A stretch of 62,136 bases of DNA, the filler included, from Chiloscyllium plagiosum (taxonomy: Eukaryota): the NCBI RefSeq assembly GCF_004010195.1. It is 5 parts of one record of this genome, joined end to end, with 100 filler letters (N's around TTAATTAATTAA, not from the genome) between each part and the next. Parts side by side here need not be neighbours in the genome. Positions count along the whole stretch, not along the records: positions 45,735 to 57,127 come from NC_057715.1; positions 57,228 to 62,136 come from NC_057715.1; 3 more parts are not named here. The stretch is one strand, 5' to 3'. A program made the position numbers and the translations under genes. Every line of letters begins with the position of its first letter. Position 1 is the stretch's first letter. Below the pieces are notes generated by a model. That model had not been told where the DNA came from. It made no database searches and saw only the letters and a program-made list of their open reading frames with translations. Positions 50,925 through 62,136 of the stretch are shown piece after piece.

Positions 50925-53335
50925 TTCCAAGATTGAGAGAGCCACTAGAGACAAAGGGGCTTTGCGGGAGGAGGGGTGACAGGAAATAAAAGTGTTGGAG
51001 GGAAGGGTGGAAAGGAATCAGTAGAGATATTGAGGGGCTGGAGACATGGGGGAACCGCAGCCGGAGGAGAGCAAGAATAGGGGAGGCATAATCAAGAGAA
51101 ACCAGGCGTGAGAGGGGTTTGTTAAACTGAGGGTGGGGAAGGGTGGGAGAACTGTGAGCAGTGACATTGAGGGTGGGGGCTAAGTGGAAAAACTGATGAA
51201 GCACAAAAGGTTTGAACAGTCAGGAGTACTGAAGGAGGGAGAGGGGGAGGGAAGAATTGAGGGCAATGGGAGCATAACGATGTTCTGCAAAAGGCTGGCT
51301 CATGGCAGAACCAAAGATAGAAGGAGAGAATACAGCTCCCTGCAGAATTCCACATCCTTCCCCACCATCAAGACTCTGTTTCCCGTTCCAGTCTCTCATT
51401 TGATGCAATGCCCTTCAATTGCCCAGCTGAAAGCATCTCCATCAAAACACACAAAAAGGCGGTGTCTGCATGTTGGCGCCCTGGCTTCATCAAACCCCCA
51501 TACAAGGTGGGGGGCACAGTGGTCGTTTGGCGCACCAATCTCTACACCACTGAAGCCAGGCACCAACTCATTTTCTCAGCCTGCTCCTGTTCCACTGAAC
51601 TCATCTCTACATACCTTAACACAGTCCTGTCCCCCTTAGTCAATGAACTCCTCACCTATGTCGAGGACACCACCCACACTCTCCTCCTCCATGACTTGCT
51701 TTGTCCCAGCTCCCAACACCTAATCTTCACCATGGACGTCCAGTCCTTATACGCGTCTATCCACCATGATGAAGGAGTCCAAGTCCTCAGTTTCTTCCTC
51801 TCATGTTGTCCCAACTAGTACCCCTCCACTGACACTGCCTAGCTGAACTGGTCCTCACCCTCAACAACGTCTCCTTCCAATTCTCCCATTTCCTCCAACC
51901 AAACGGGTAGCCATGGGCACACACATGGGCCCCAGCTATGCCTGCCTCTTCATTGGGTATATGGAACAGTCTATCTTCCACAGCTACACCGGCACCAACC
52001 CCAACTGTTCCTCCACTACATTGATGATTATATCGGTGCTACCTCATTCTCCCACTAGAAGGTTGAATAGATCATCAACTTCACCAACATGTTCCACCCT
52101 GACCTTAATTTCACCTGGACCATCTCAGACACCTTCCCCTTCCTGGACCACTCCATCTCTATCTCCAGCGACCAACTAACCACTAACATCTACTACAAGG
52201 CTACCAACTCTCACAGCTACATGGACTACACCTCCTCCCATCCTACCTCCTGTTAAAACGCCATCCCAATTCCTCTGCCTCTGCTGCATCTGCTCCCAGG
52301 AGGACCAATTCCACCACAGAGAGTCCCAGCTGGCCTCCTTCTTCAAAGACTGCAACGTCCCTTCTCATGTAATTGACGATGCTCTCCAGCACATCTCATC
52401 CATTTTCCACACTTCCACCCTTGAACCCCACCCCTCCCAATGCAACAAGGACAGAACCTCCCTGGTCCTCACCTTCCACCCCACCAACCTCCGTATACAT
52501 CACATCATCACCCACCATTTCCGCCACCTACAAACAGATCCCACCACCAGAGATTTATTTCCCTACCCACCCCTAAAAGCGTTCTGGAGAAACCATTCCC
52601 TCAGCGACTCCGTTGTCAGATCCATGCTCCCCAGCCCCCACCACACTCCCGGCACCTTCCTCTACCACCACAAGAATGCAAAACCTGCACCCACACCTCC
52701 CTCCTCACCTCCATCCGAGGCCCCAAAGGATCCTTCCACATCCGACAGAAATTTACCTGCATCTCCACAATGGTCGCCTACTGTGTCCGTTGCACTCGAT
52801 GTGGTCTCCTCTACATCGGGGAGACAGAATGCTAACTTGCGAATCGTTTCAGAGGACATCTCTAGGGCATCTGCACCTACCAAGGAGAAAGTGAGGACTG
52901 CAGATGCTGGAGATCAGAGCTGAAAATGTGTTGCTGGAAAAGCGCAACAGGTCAGGTAGCATTCAAGGAACAGGAGAATCGACGTTTCGGGCATAAGCCT
53001 GAAGAAGGGTTTATGCCCAAAATGTCGATTCTCCTGTTCCTTGGATGCTGCCTGACCTGCTGCGCTTTTCCAGCAACACATTTTCAGATCTGCACCTACC
53101 AACTCCACTGCCCCATGGCTGAACACTTCAACTCCCCCTCCCACTCTGTCAAGGGGCATGCAGGTCCTGGACCTCCTCCACCACTAGCCTCACCTTCTGC
53201 CTTGGGACCCTGCAACCACGTGGGATCAATGTGGATTATACCAGTTTCCTCATTTCCTCATTGCCTGAAATATTGATTTTCCTGCTCCTCAGATGCTGCC
53301 TGACCTGCTGTGCTTTTCCAGTGCCACCCTCTCGA
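50925..53335. mobile_element. Neptune-type Penelope-like element, degenerate (inverted 5' block ~50925-51340; plus-strand RT and GIY-YIG ~51345-53260)
   Basis: FTMDVQSLY, MGTHMGPSYACLF, a Cys-rich linker (CKTC) and QKFTCISTMVAYCVRCTRCGLLYIGET. Confidence 0.88.
52884..53087. mobile_element. Short fold-back Penelope terminal insert nested in the Neptune element
   Basis: Inverted halves; 15-bp TSD atctgcacctaccaa at 52869-52883 and 53088-53102. Confidence 0.85.
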
Positions 53336-54010
53336 CTCCAATCTCATATGGAATTATGTTGCTGTCTCTTTACTTTTGCTGAGACAAAAACTTGGAATGA
53401 CCTCTTTAACTGCACTGTCAGCGCAGCCTCACCATGTGGTTCAGGAAATTCAGTCAACACCACTGTCTCAATGGCAATGAGAGAATAATGAGTACTGGCC
53501 CTTGTCAGTGACACTCGACCCCAAGGAATCATTTTAAAATATTTGATAAATATTTATATTGAAAACCATCCATTGAACTTACAGTGAAGTGTAATTATTG
53601 GAATTGCTGAGAAAAATTCTGAGAATTGCCATTTACATGATATTCCCTACAGTAAACAAATCCCATTCCATTGACTGCGAGAGTAAATCCAGTGAATAGT
53701 GTAAACCATGCACTACATTTATATAGAAAAGTTTGTCTATTTACAAACAGTTGTGTAATATCCAGTAAAATGTTTTAAAATAAAATGCTGTTTATACATA
53801 AGATGTTTTACACTTAAGCATTTAGTTTTTTTTAAACATCAGAACTTTGACCATACTCTATTCCATAAGAATGTATTGCTTTTAAGTAAGGTTCAAGCTA
53901 GCCTTATGGTGCATACATACAGGGCTAAATCTGTTGAGCAAAATGATCTGCTTCCGTTTTGTATAAGTAAGTGTAATAATAAGAGGAATGTCTGTGTGGC
54001 GTGGGTAATG

Positions 54011-54105
54011 GAGCTGAAAATGTGTTGCTGGAAAAGCACAGCAGGTCAGGCAGCATCCAAGGAGCAGGAGAATCGACGTTTTGGGCATAAGCCCTTCTTC
54101 AGGAA
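54011..54105 (-). mobile_element. Solo Penelope terminal fragment with a GAAA>AAAA-mutated hammerhead
   Basis: Reverse complement ttcCTGAAGAagggcttatgcccAAAAcgTCgatt... Confidence 0.8.
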
Positions 54106-54999
54106 ACGGAGAGAAAGGTAGGGAAATATGGTAAGAATAGAAAAATCTGATTCGACGTATCAAGAAAAAATTTTCTCAAGTTTCCTCTCAAGCTAGAAAT
54201 GGTGACTTTAGAATCTTGACATTGGGTATTATTTCACATGTTTGCACCTCATTAAAACCTAACTCACTTTGTTTATACTCCATTTCCAATTCCCCACTCC
54301 TTGCCCAGAAAATTAGATACGAGTACCTGACACATAAACCACAGCGGGCTCGCAGCTGCAGCTCAGTCAATGTTTGCCCTGGGCAGCGTGCACCTGCTCC
54401 CTCAGAACCTTCCATTGACACCATCCTCCCGACTGGTCTTCCATACGCATCAGCATTGACAATCTTCTCCACATCACCACATCTGCTCTCAGACCAATTC
54501 AAATGCCACTTCTATCCTTCAACACTTTACTTTGGGGCTCAGGGACATCCAAGAGTTGCAATCCTGGCTTCCTTACTTGGAATTCTCTCACTTCACCACT
54601 TAGTCAGAAGCTGCTCGCCTCTGTATACATGACTTTGTTTCCTTAGTGTGCACCACTGACTTCAGCACTGACTTCAAGGCTGGAGACCTCCAAGACTTGA
54701 ATTGATTTTTAACAAAGAGGGAGAAGCAAGGGGGTAATGGTTAGGAACAATAAATAAACACACAGCCCGTGCTTTCAGGAAATGGCTATGTATGAAAGCT
54801 AATGGGAGCAGCAGTTCTTAATGTGGTGACAGGGGACTGCAATCATTCAGGGGTCTCACCACAATAAACCAATGGCTCAATGGATTCGACTAAGGGGGAT
54901 TGGCCACAGTCAGCTTGGCACTTGCTATAATGAGAGTGGGCCATAGTCATTCGTACAGGTCAGGATAAAGGAGATAGGGCCAGTCAGGAAGCTGATGAG

Positions 55000-55302
55000 A
55001 TTAGATTCCCTACAGTATGGAAACAGGCCTTTCAGCCCAACAAGTCCACACCGACCCTCCGAAGAGTAACCCACCCAGACTCATTCCCCTACATTTACCC
55101 GAACACTATGGACAATTTAGCACAGCCAATCCACCCTAACTTTGGACTGTGGGAGGAAACCGGAGCGCCGGAGGAAACCCACACAGACACGGGGAGAATG
55201 TGCAAACTCCACACAGTCATTCGCCCCGTGTCGGGAATTGAATCCGGGTCCCTGGCGCTGTGAAGCACAGTGGTTAGCACAGTGGTTAGCACTGTGCCAC
55301 CC
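55000..55302 (-). mobile_element. HE1-like V-SINE
   Basis: Same family as 42610-42920. Confidence 0.9.
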
Positions 55303-56594
55303 CTGATGGCAGTCTCTGGAAGTGGGTCAATTTTTCATAGAATGAGTCCAAGGGAGGGTTTGATCATGATGGAAGTGAATGGAAGAGCAGGTAGTGGTCA
55401 CTCTTGACCAGGAGGGGTAGTGACACGTTAATGAATGCAGAGGCCAGGAAGAATTAGTTTGGAATGGGGTGGATGTGAGTTGACGTATACATGTAACAGT
55501 GAGAGGGGTAACCAACAAGCAATGGTGAGATATGTGCAATGGCAGATCTACAGCGAGCGATCCCAAAACCTAGTTCTGCCATTAATAAGCTGCAGACAGG
55601 AAGATAGTGTGAGAATCCTCACTCTGAGCTAGGTCAGGCTGGATCCAAGAAATCACACTCAACAGAACACTAACTGCAAGTGAGAAAATTACACCTAGAA
55701 TAAACAGGGGAATTTAAAAAAACAATTTTAAAAGAAGGTTACGTAAAGATGAATGGCTGGTCAAGTCTAAACAGGAAACAGCAGCTGCACATTCACAGCA
55801 AACCTCAGAAATCTGATTCCTCCAAACAGAGAACACAGACATTGTGAAAGCAATTACTTTACTTAGATAGAGTCATACTATTGATGTCTGGGTTTAATTT
55901 TGAAAATTTCTAGATGGGGCACACGGAAACTAGCCTGTACGTAACCCTAAACCCTAGACCATATTTCTCATTCACATGACAAATAGTAATCTGATAGATG
56001 TTCTTCCATTACAAAAACTGACATTGCAGGAAAAGCTCAGCAGGTCTGGCAATATCTGTGGATAGAAATCAGTTAATGTTTCAGGTTGAGTGACCCTTCC
56101 ACAGAACTGATGGGAGCTAGAAAAATGGTGGTTAAATGTGGGAGATAGTGTGGGGAGAGGGGGTGAGGCATAAACAATGAGTCTGCATAGAGCCCAGAGA
56201 GAGAGAAGAACAGTTGGACAGACAAAGGAGTAGATAGCAATCAGGCTAGGAGGATGAATAACCAACTGGGTAATGGAGACTGTTTGTGGCTAACAATGGG
56301 TTGTGTATAATGACAGACAATGTGGTAACAATGCCTGATGTGTGGGGTTGGGGTAAGGACATGGGAGAGCTCAAATCCTCAAGCTAATGAACTCAAGATT
56401 GAGTCCTGAAGGTTGCTGGGTCATCCATATTAACCTATTATATAAGATTACATCAAATCCACAGAATAGAAATAGACCATTCAACCCATGAGGTTGATAT
56501 AATCTGCATGACCTCCTCCAACTCTAATTACCTCTTTTGTCTATATACCAACCTTTCTATTGCTGCCTTCTTTACATTTGTATTAATGAAGGTG

Positions 56595-56890
56595 AGCTGG
56601 TGTAATGGTCATGGCACTGGACAACTCAGCCAGAACTCCCAGACTAATGTTCTGAGGTTATGGGTTCGAATACCACGTTGTGAAATTTAACTCAATAAAA
56701 ACTAAAACAGAAAAAAATTAGTCTAATGGTGACCATGTTAACACCGTTGATTGTCACTGATGTCCTTGAAGGAAGGAAGTTTGCCATCCTTACCTTCCAT
56801 GTGACTCCAGACCCATAGCAATGTGGTTGACTCTTCATTGCTGTCTGAGCAAATGAGGAAATGGCAATAAATGCTGGCCTAGTCAGCATT
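56595..56890 (+). mobile_element. DeuSINE (SacSINE1-like)
   Basis: ggtgtaatggt...gggttcgaat head; atgtgactccagacccatagcaatgtggttgactctt core; ggcaataaatgctggcctagtcagc tail. Confidence 0.82.
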
Positions 56891-56892
56891 GA

Positions 56893-58030
56893 ATCATGCA
56901 GTCATGGAGATGTACAGCATGGAAACAGACCCTTCGGTCCAACCCGTCCATGCCAACCAGATATCCCAACCCAATCTAGTCCCACCTGCCAGCACCCGGT
57001 CCATATCCCTCCACACCCTTCCCATTCATATACCCATCCTGATGCCTCTTAAATGTTGCGATTGTACCAGCCTCCACCACATCCTCTAGCAGCTCATTCC
57101 ATACACGCACCACCCTCTGCATGAAAANNNNNNNNNNNNNNNNNNNNNNNNNNNNNNNNNNNNNNNNNNNNTTAATTAATTAANNNNNNNNNNNNNNNNN
57201 NNNNNNNNNNNNNNNNNNNNNNNNNNNTTGGCCAGTTTACCTTCGTACCTTATTTTTTCTCTGCGTATTTCCTTCTTAGTAATCCTCTGTTGCTCTTTAA
57301 AGCTTCCAAGTCCTCAGTTTTCCCACTTATCTTTGCTATGTTATACTTTTTCTCTTTTAACTTTATATGTTTCTTAACTTCCCTCGTCAGCCACGGCCGC
57401 CCATGCCTCCTCCTGGGATCTTTCTTCCTTTTAGGAATGAACTGATCCTGCAACTTCTGCATTATACACAGAAATATCCGCCATTGTTCCTCCACGGTCA
57501 TCCCTGCTAAGGTATTGCACCACTGAACTTTGGCCAGCTCCTCCCTCATAGCTCCATAGTTCCCTTTATTCAATGAGACCATACGAAATAAGAACAGATG
57601 TCGGTTGTTTGGCTCCACGAGCCTGTTTCACCATTCAATGGGATCATGGTTCCGATTCAACACTCTCCACCTTCACTTTCTTGCCTCTTCCCCATAACTC
57701 TTGATTCCCCGAATGATCAAGAATCATTCTCAGTCTTTATTACACACAACACTCTCTGTGGCAAGGTGTTACAAAGACTCTCAACCCTCAGTCTTAAATT
57801 GATTAACTTATTAATTGAGAATTCCGGTTCCAGACTCTCCCATAAGGGGGAAAATTCTCTCAGCATTTATTCTGTCAAGTCCCTTAAGAATCTTGTATGT
57901 TTCAATGAGACCAGCTCTCATTCTTCTTCATTCTCTGAAATAAAGTCCAAATCTGTTTAACGTTTGCTTATAAGACAATCCATCCACATCTTGAATCATC
58001 CTCACAAGCCTTCTTTGAACTACCACCAAC
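56893..58030 (-). mobile_element. CR1 fragments on both sides of a gap
   Basis: CR1 tail at 56893-57127; ORF 57250-57618(-) KGNYGAMREEL...RPWLTREV; older tail at ~57580-58030. Confidence 0.8.
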
Positions 58031-58464
58031 AAAATATCATTTTAAAAATTTCATTAAATCCCTAATGGCATTGTGGGAGTCTAGCTACCAAATGGAAGGC
58101 AGTCCAAGGGCACTATGCAGTAAAAGCTTGTGCAGTCAATGATACCAGAATCCAAAGAATGAATTAAAAAATGTCACCAGACTGCACAGGTGCAGGGGTT
58201 TTGCCTGAGATAGTCTTTCCTGGCTCGTTCAATGAATTCTGTGGTCAATGGGAATTAATTAATGGAATTCTGTAATGCTAAAATCTCAACCTACTTCTAA
58301 CAGCTGTTGGGAAATTAAGAGTAAATCCAGTAACCGCAACCACTGCAGGTGGTTGGCTTGTCCCATGCAGATGCTCAGATTGATGACTTGGAGATGGACT
58401 GAGTCAACCCTGAGTCATTGAGAAAGCTAGAAGGTATAATACATAGGATAGTTTGCGATCTTGG

Positions 58465-59225
58465 AGATTTGCAGCTCAGGTTGTAAGCTTGCTGGCTGAG
58501 CTGGGAGATTTGTTCTCAGAAATTTCATCACCATGTTAGGTAACATCATCACTGAGCCTTCAATGAAGTGCTGATGTTCTGTCCAGCTTGCTATTTTCTG
58601 TCAGTCTGTTGTGGTGGGTAATGTCACTTCTGGTTCTTTGCCTGAGGGGTTGATAAATGGGGTCCAAATCGATATGTTTGTTAATGGAGTTCCGATTTGA
58701 ATGCCAGGCCTCTAGGAATTCCCATGCATGTCTTTGTTTAGCCTGTCCCAGTCGAACTGGTGTCTCTCTTCGTCTGTTTGTAAGGATACTAGTGACAGTT
58801 GGTCATATCTTTTGGTGGTTAGTTGGTGCTCATATATCCTAGTGGCTACTTTCCTGCTTGAGCACCAGCTAGCCACCAAAAGACATGACCAACTATCACT
58901 AGTATCCACACGCAGGGACACCAGTTCAACTGGGACAATACCTTCATCCTGGGACAGGCTAAACAAAGACACACACAGAAATTTCTAAAGGCTTGGCATT
59001 CAAACCGGAACTCCATTAACAAACATATTGATTTGGACCCATTTACTAACCTCTCAGACAAAGAACCAGGCGTGATATCACCCACCACAACAGACCAAGA
59101 CAGATAAATAGCAAGCAGGACAGAACACCAGCACTTCATCAGAGGCTCACTGATGACGTCACCTCGCATGGTGATGAAACGTCCGAGAACAAATCTACCA
59201 ACTCAGCCAGAAAACTTACAACCAC
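58465..59225. mobile_element. Head-to-head inverted pair of Poseidon-type Penelope 3' ends
   Basis: 58465-~58850 is a diverged reverse complement of ~58860-59225 (HQLATKRHDQLSLV, EFLKAWH); hammerhead motif at 59146-59187. Confidence 0.85.
59146..59187 (+). ncRNA. Minimal hammerhead ribozyme motif
   Basis: ctca-CTGATGA-c-gtcacc tcgcat ggtgat-GAAA-cg-TC-cgag. The mirror copy near 58515-58557(-) has stem I ctca/tgag. Confidence 0.6.
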
Positions 59226-59519
59226 AATCATATAGGGCAATCTTTGGGACATAGCCAATGGCTGGGACATGCTTTCCCGAAACATTTTCAGTTGAAGTGA
59301 TCAAAGGCAAGTTTGCTTCAACACAGAGTCACTGTAAATGACTGTTTCTTCAGTCTCTGGGAATCCAGTTGGAATAGTTATTCAGATGCAAGTGTTTATA
59401 AGAGCTCAAAGATAACCATGGGCAGACATCAAGTTACATCAAGGGGGTAGAATCAGAGTTTTTTATTAATTTGTGGGATGTGGGTGTCACTAGCTAGCCA
59501 GCATGTATTACCTGTCCCT

Positions 59520-61240
59520 AGTTACCCTTGATGAGGTTTTGTAGCAATTGCTACAACTGAAAGGGTGGGGGAAGGAGGAAGGAGTATATGTAATTAGGAT
59601 GGAGCCCAGAAAGAAAAAAGTTGGGCAGTCAAAGAGTCGGTAAAAGTCAGCCTGGGAGAATGAATGGCGGCTAGTGGGGGCCATTAGTTTATTGGGCTGT
59701 TTGTGATAGCAGCCCATGTGATGTCAGGGTCTGGTGTGTGGGGATTGGGTAAGGACAATGTGGATGTGCTCAGGCCCTAAAATTATTGAATTTGATAAGA
59801 ATCCAGAAGGCTGCAGGTTCCCAAGCAGGAAATACAATGTTGTTCTTCCAGCTTGTGCTGAGCTTCATTGACACTGCAGCAAATCCAAACCAGATGTTGG
59901 CCTGAGAACATAGTAGTGTTGAAATCGCAGGCACCTGTAAGGTCAGAGTAATTTTTGCAGACAGAACTTGGGTGCTGTGCAAAGCAGTCACCCAGACTAC
60001 GCTTCATCTCCCCAGTGTCTCTCTCCTGCTTCCTGTAAAGACTCCATTCCATCACATCTGTACCAATGGTGTCAACTTCAACTGGGAGCCTCTGATATGT
60101 CCACTTCTTCCTCAACCAAGGATTCCCCACCAGTGTGGTTGATGGGTCAGATACAGCTGAAGGCCCTATCTCCTACACTTTCAGCCCTCACTCCTCCTTC
60201 CCAGAACAGCGACAGTCTCAATCACCCTCACCAACCAGCATCCTCCTGCAAAAGGATTATGAGCCACCATTTCCACCACCTCCAACAGCAGCCCAGACAC
60301 ACATTCCCCTCCCAAGTTCCCTGTGATAAACTCTGGTCCACTCCTTCTCCAATCCCAACACCTCCCCAAAAGCCCACAGCACCTTCCCATGCAATTCACA
60401 GAAGGTATAACACCTGTTTATTCACTTCCTCCCTTCTCACTAAACAAGATTTTGGACGTAACTTTCAGATGAAGCAGCGATTTACCTGCACTTCACTCAA
60501 TCTAGTCTATTGCATCCGCTGCTCACAATGTGGTCTCCTCTATATTGGGGAGATGAAACGCAGACTAGGGGGTGACCACTTTGTGAAACACCTACATTCT
60601 GTGTGCAACAATGCCCTTGAGCTTCTTATTGTCTGCCACTTTAACATACCATCATGTTTCCCTGGTCAACATCTCTGTCTTGGACTGGCTGCAGTGCTCC
60701 AGCAAAGCTGGAAGAACAACATCTCATTTTCCACTCGGGAAACCTGCAGCTTTCGGGTCTCGATGATGTGGAGGAACCGATGTTGGATTGGGGTGAACAA
60801 AGTTTTAAAAAAACACACAACACCAGGTTAGATTCCAACAAGTTGGCTCAGAAGCACTAGTTTTCAGTGCGCTCTGAAAGCTAGCGCGTCCAAATAAACC
60901 TAGCGGTGTGATTTTTAACTTCAGGACTCAATATCGAGTTCAATACTTAGGGCCCGGACACCACCTCCTCTGATTTACCCCAACCCTATACACCAAGCCT
61001 TGTCATCCCAAGGGCTACCATCCCATTATCGGCACCTAACCATCTCCATTAGCAGCTCTATTCATTCTCCCAGACTGACCTTTACCCACAGTCTGCTCTC
61101 GCTTTCTCTGGGCTTCATCCGCAGCCCACCCTCAGTACAACCACCTGATGAAGGGGCAGCGCTCTGAAAGTTAGTGCTTCCAGTTAAACCTGTTGGACTA
61201 TACCCTGGTGTTGTGTGATTTTTGACTTGGTCCACCCCCC
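59520..61240. mobile_element. Neptune-type Penelope fragments in inverted arrangement, with nested terminal inserts
   Basis: ORF 59968-60831 QRFTCTSLNLVYCIRCSQCGLLYIGEMKRRLG; minus-strand copy of the 3' end at ~59520-60015. Confidence 0.82.
61142..61176 (+). ncRNA. Minimal hammerhead ribozyme motif
   Basis: cac-CTGATGA-a-ggggc agc gctct-GAAA-gt-TA-gtg: stem I cac/gtg; same family as 31250-31284. Confidence 0.65.
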
Positions 61241-61319
61241 CATCCCTTCAGTAAATACTGGATAACCTCATGCTCGCTACAATCAGTTGTGGACCTGAAA
61301 CCTTCACTCTCTGCTTTCT

Positions 61320-61760
61320 CTCCGCAGACGCTGACGGAGCCGCCGAGTTTTTCCAGAACGTTCCATCGCCGTCGCGGTCACCTGCAGTTTGAAGCCGACC
61401 GCCTCCAGCTCGGTCGCCAAACCGCCATCAATAACGGTCACCTCCGGCCTGCCGTCCATCCCCCCTCACCCGACACCGTCACCGACACCGACACCGCCCG
61501 ACATAAACACCCGACAATAACAACCTCCCAACTCCGTTTGACAGGGGGTGCCCCGCTGAATGTCTTCCGCCGGCTCCTTCCGGTGATCTTGGTTCCGACC
61601 CCCCTCGGTGGGATGGGGATGCGGGTGAGATTGCGGCCTCCCGGTTATGGTTGGGCCCCGCTCCCGGCAAAGTGCGCTTCCTGTGGCCAGCTGTGCTGAA
61701 CATCCCCCAAAGAGTTCGCGTCCTGACGGTAATATTACTTTGGCTGGAGGGGTTCGGGAC
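61320..61760. promoter_or_regulatory. CpG island / probable promoter and first-exon region
   Basis: Abrupt GC- and CpG-rich stretch in an otherwise CpG-depleted window. ETS-type CTTCCG motifs at ~61564 and ~61577; candidate splice donors on both strands (GG|gtgag at 61470 minus; gg|gtgag ~61625 and ag|gtaaac ~61800 plus). Confidence 0.7.
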
Positions 61761-61909
61761 TTACACAGGGAGAGGATCAGACCCTGTGCGAGGTAACAGG
61801 TAAACCTTCCTGTGTAAGGTTTCGTCTCTTTTATACTTCTATCATTTTAGTCAGTGACCCTAAAAGGAGACCTCCTGATTACTTTTTTCTCCACGTTATT
61901 ATCTTGTCT

Positions 61910-62136
61910 TCTAAGGTCCTAGCTCCCAGCCCTGCCGTGTGTTCACCATCCCTCCAGATCTACCCCTCTCTGAGGATAAAAGATCAGTCCTGAGCAGAGG
62001 CCTCACCTTCATTCCCCTACGCTCCCGGATTAACGAGTTCAACACAAGGCACGACATCGAACAATTCTCCCGCCGCCTTCGCCTCCGTGCCTTCTTCTTC
62101 AATCAAGACTCTCGCCCACCCTCTGACGACCCCTTC
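61910..62136 (+). mobile_element. Penelope-like (Neptune-type) ORF N-terminal region, runs off the window
   Basis: Plus strand reads VFTIPPDLPLSEDKRSVLSRGLTFIP...FSRRLRLRAFF, typical of the PLE pre-RT region. Confidence 0.75.

Noticed and set aside
54188..54502. ORF containing 'RARCG' as a possible MMP cysteine-switch exon
   Set aside because: It lacks PRCGxPD and any propeptide similarity. A GT donor exists near 54325 but there is no convincing acceptor or homology.
61289..61703. 136-aa and 74-aa ORFs over the CpG island
   Set aside because: GC-rich sequence is depleted of stop codons, and no domain or motif is recognisable.

Overview
This is vertebrate genomic DNA, most likely from a shark or other elasmobranch, judged by the V-SINE (HE1-like) and DeuSINE (SacSINE1-like) families and the dense CR1 and Penelope-like retroelements. 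It has several N gaps; four carry an artificial TTAATTAATTAA six-frame stop linker. The only recognisable host gene is a minus-strand matrix metalloproteinase (collagenase/stromelysin-type exon layout). I read six phase-compatible GT-AG exons by hand: 22556-22395 (Zn-binding HExGHxxGxxH plus Met-turn), 18508-18328, 17693-17560, 13946-13790, 12621-12521 and 8305-8223 (hinge plus four-blade hemopexin domain). The gene has lost both cysteines of the hemopexin disulfide (TGT>AGT, and a TGG>TGA stop just before the C-terminal Cys). It also has two substitutions at conserved catalytic-domain positions, and I found no signal, propeptide or early catalytic exons in the ~39 kb upstream. The rest is mostly decayed transposable elements: CR1 LINEs (one near full-length and nested), Poseidon- and Neptune-type Penelope-like elements carrying minimal hammerhead ribozyme motifs, short fold-back hammerhead-centred inserts with 11-15 bp TSDs, and a MULE-like MITE. 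There is also a CTCF-like site near 381 and a CpG-island promoter-like region near 61.3-61.75 kb. TE boundaries are approximate and no database searches were run.
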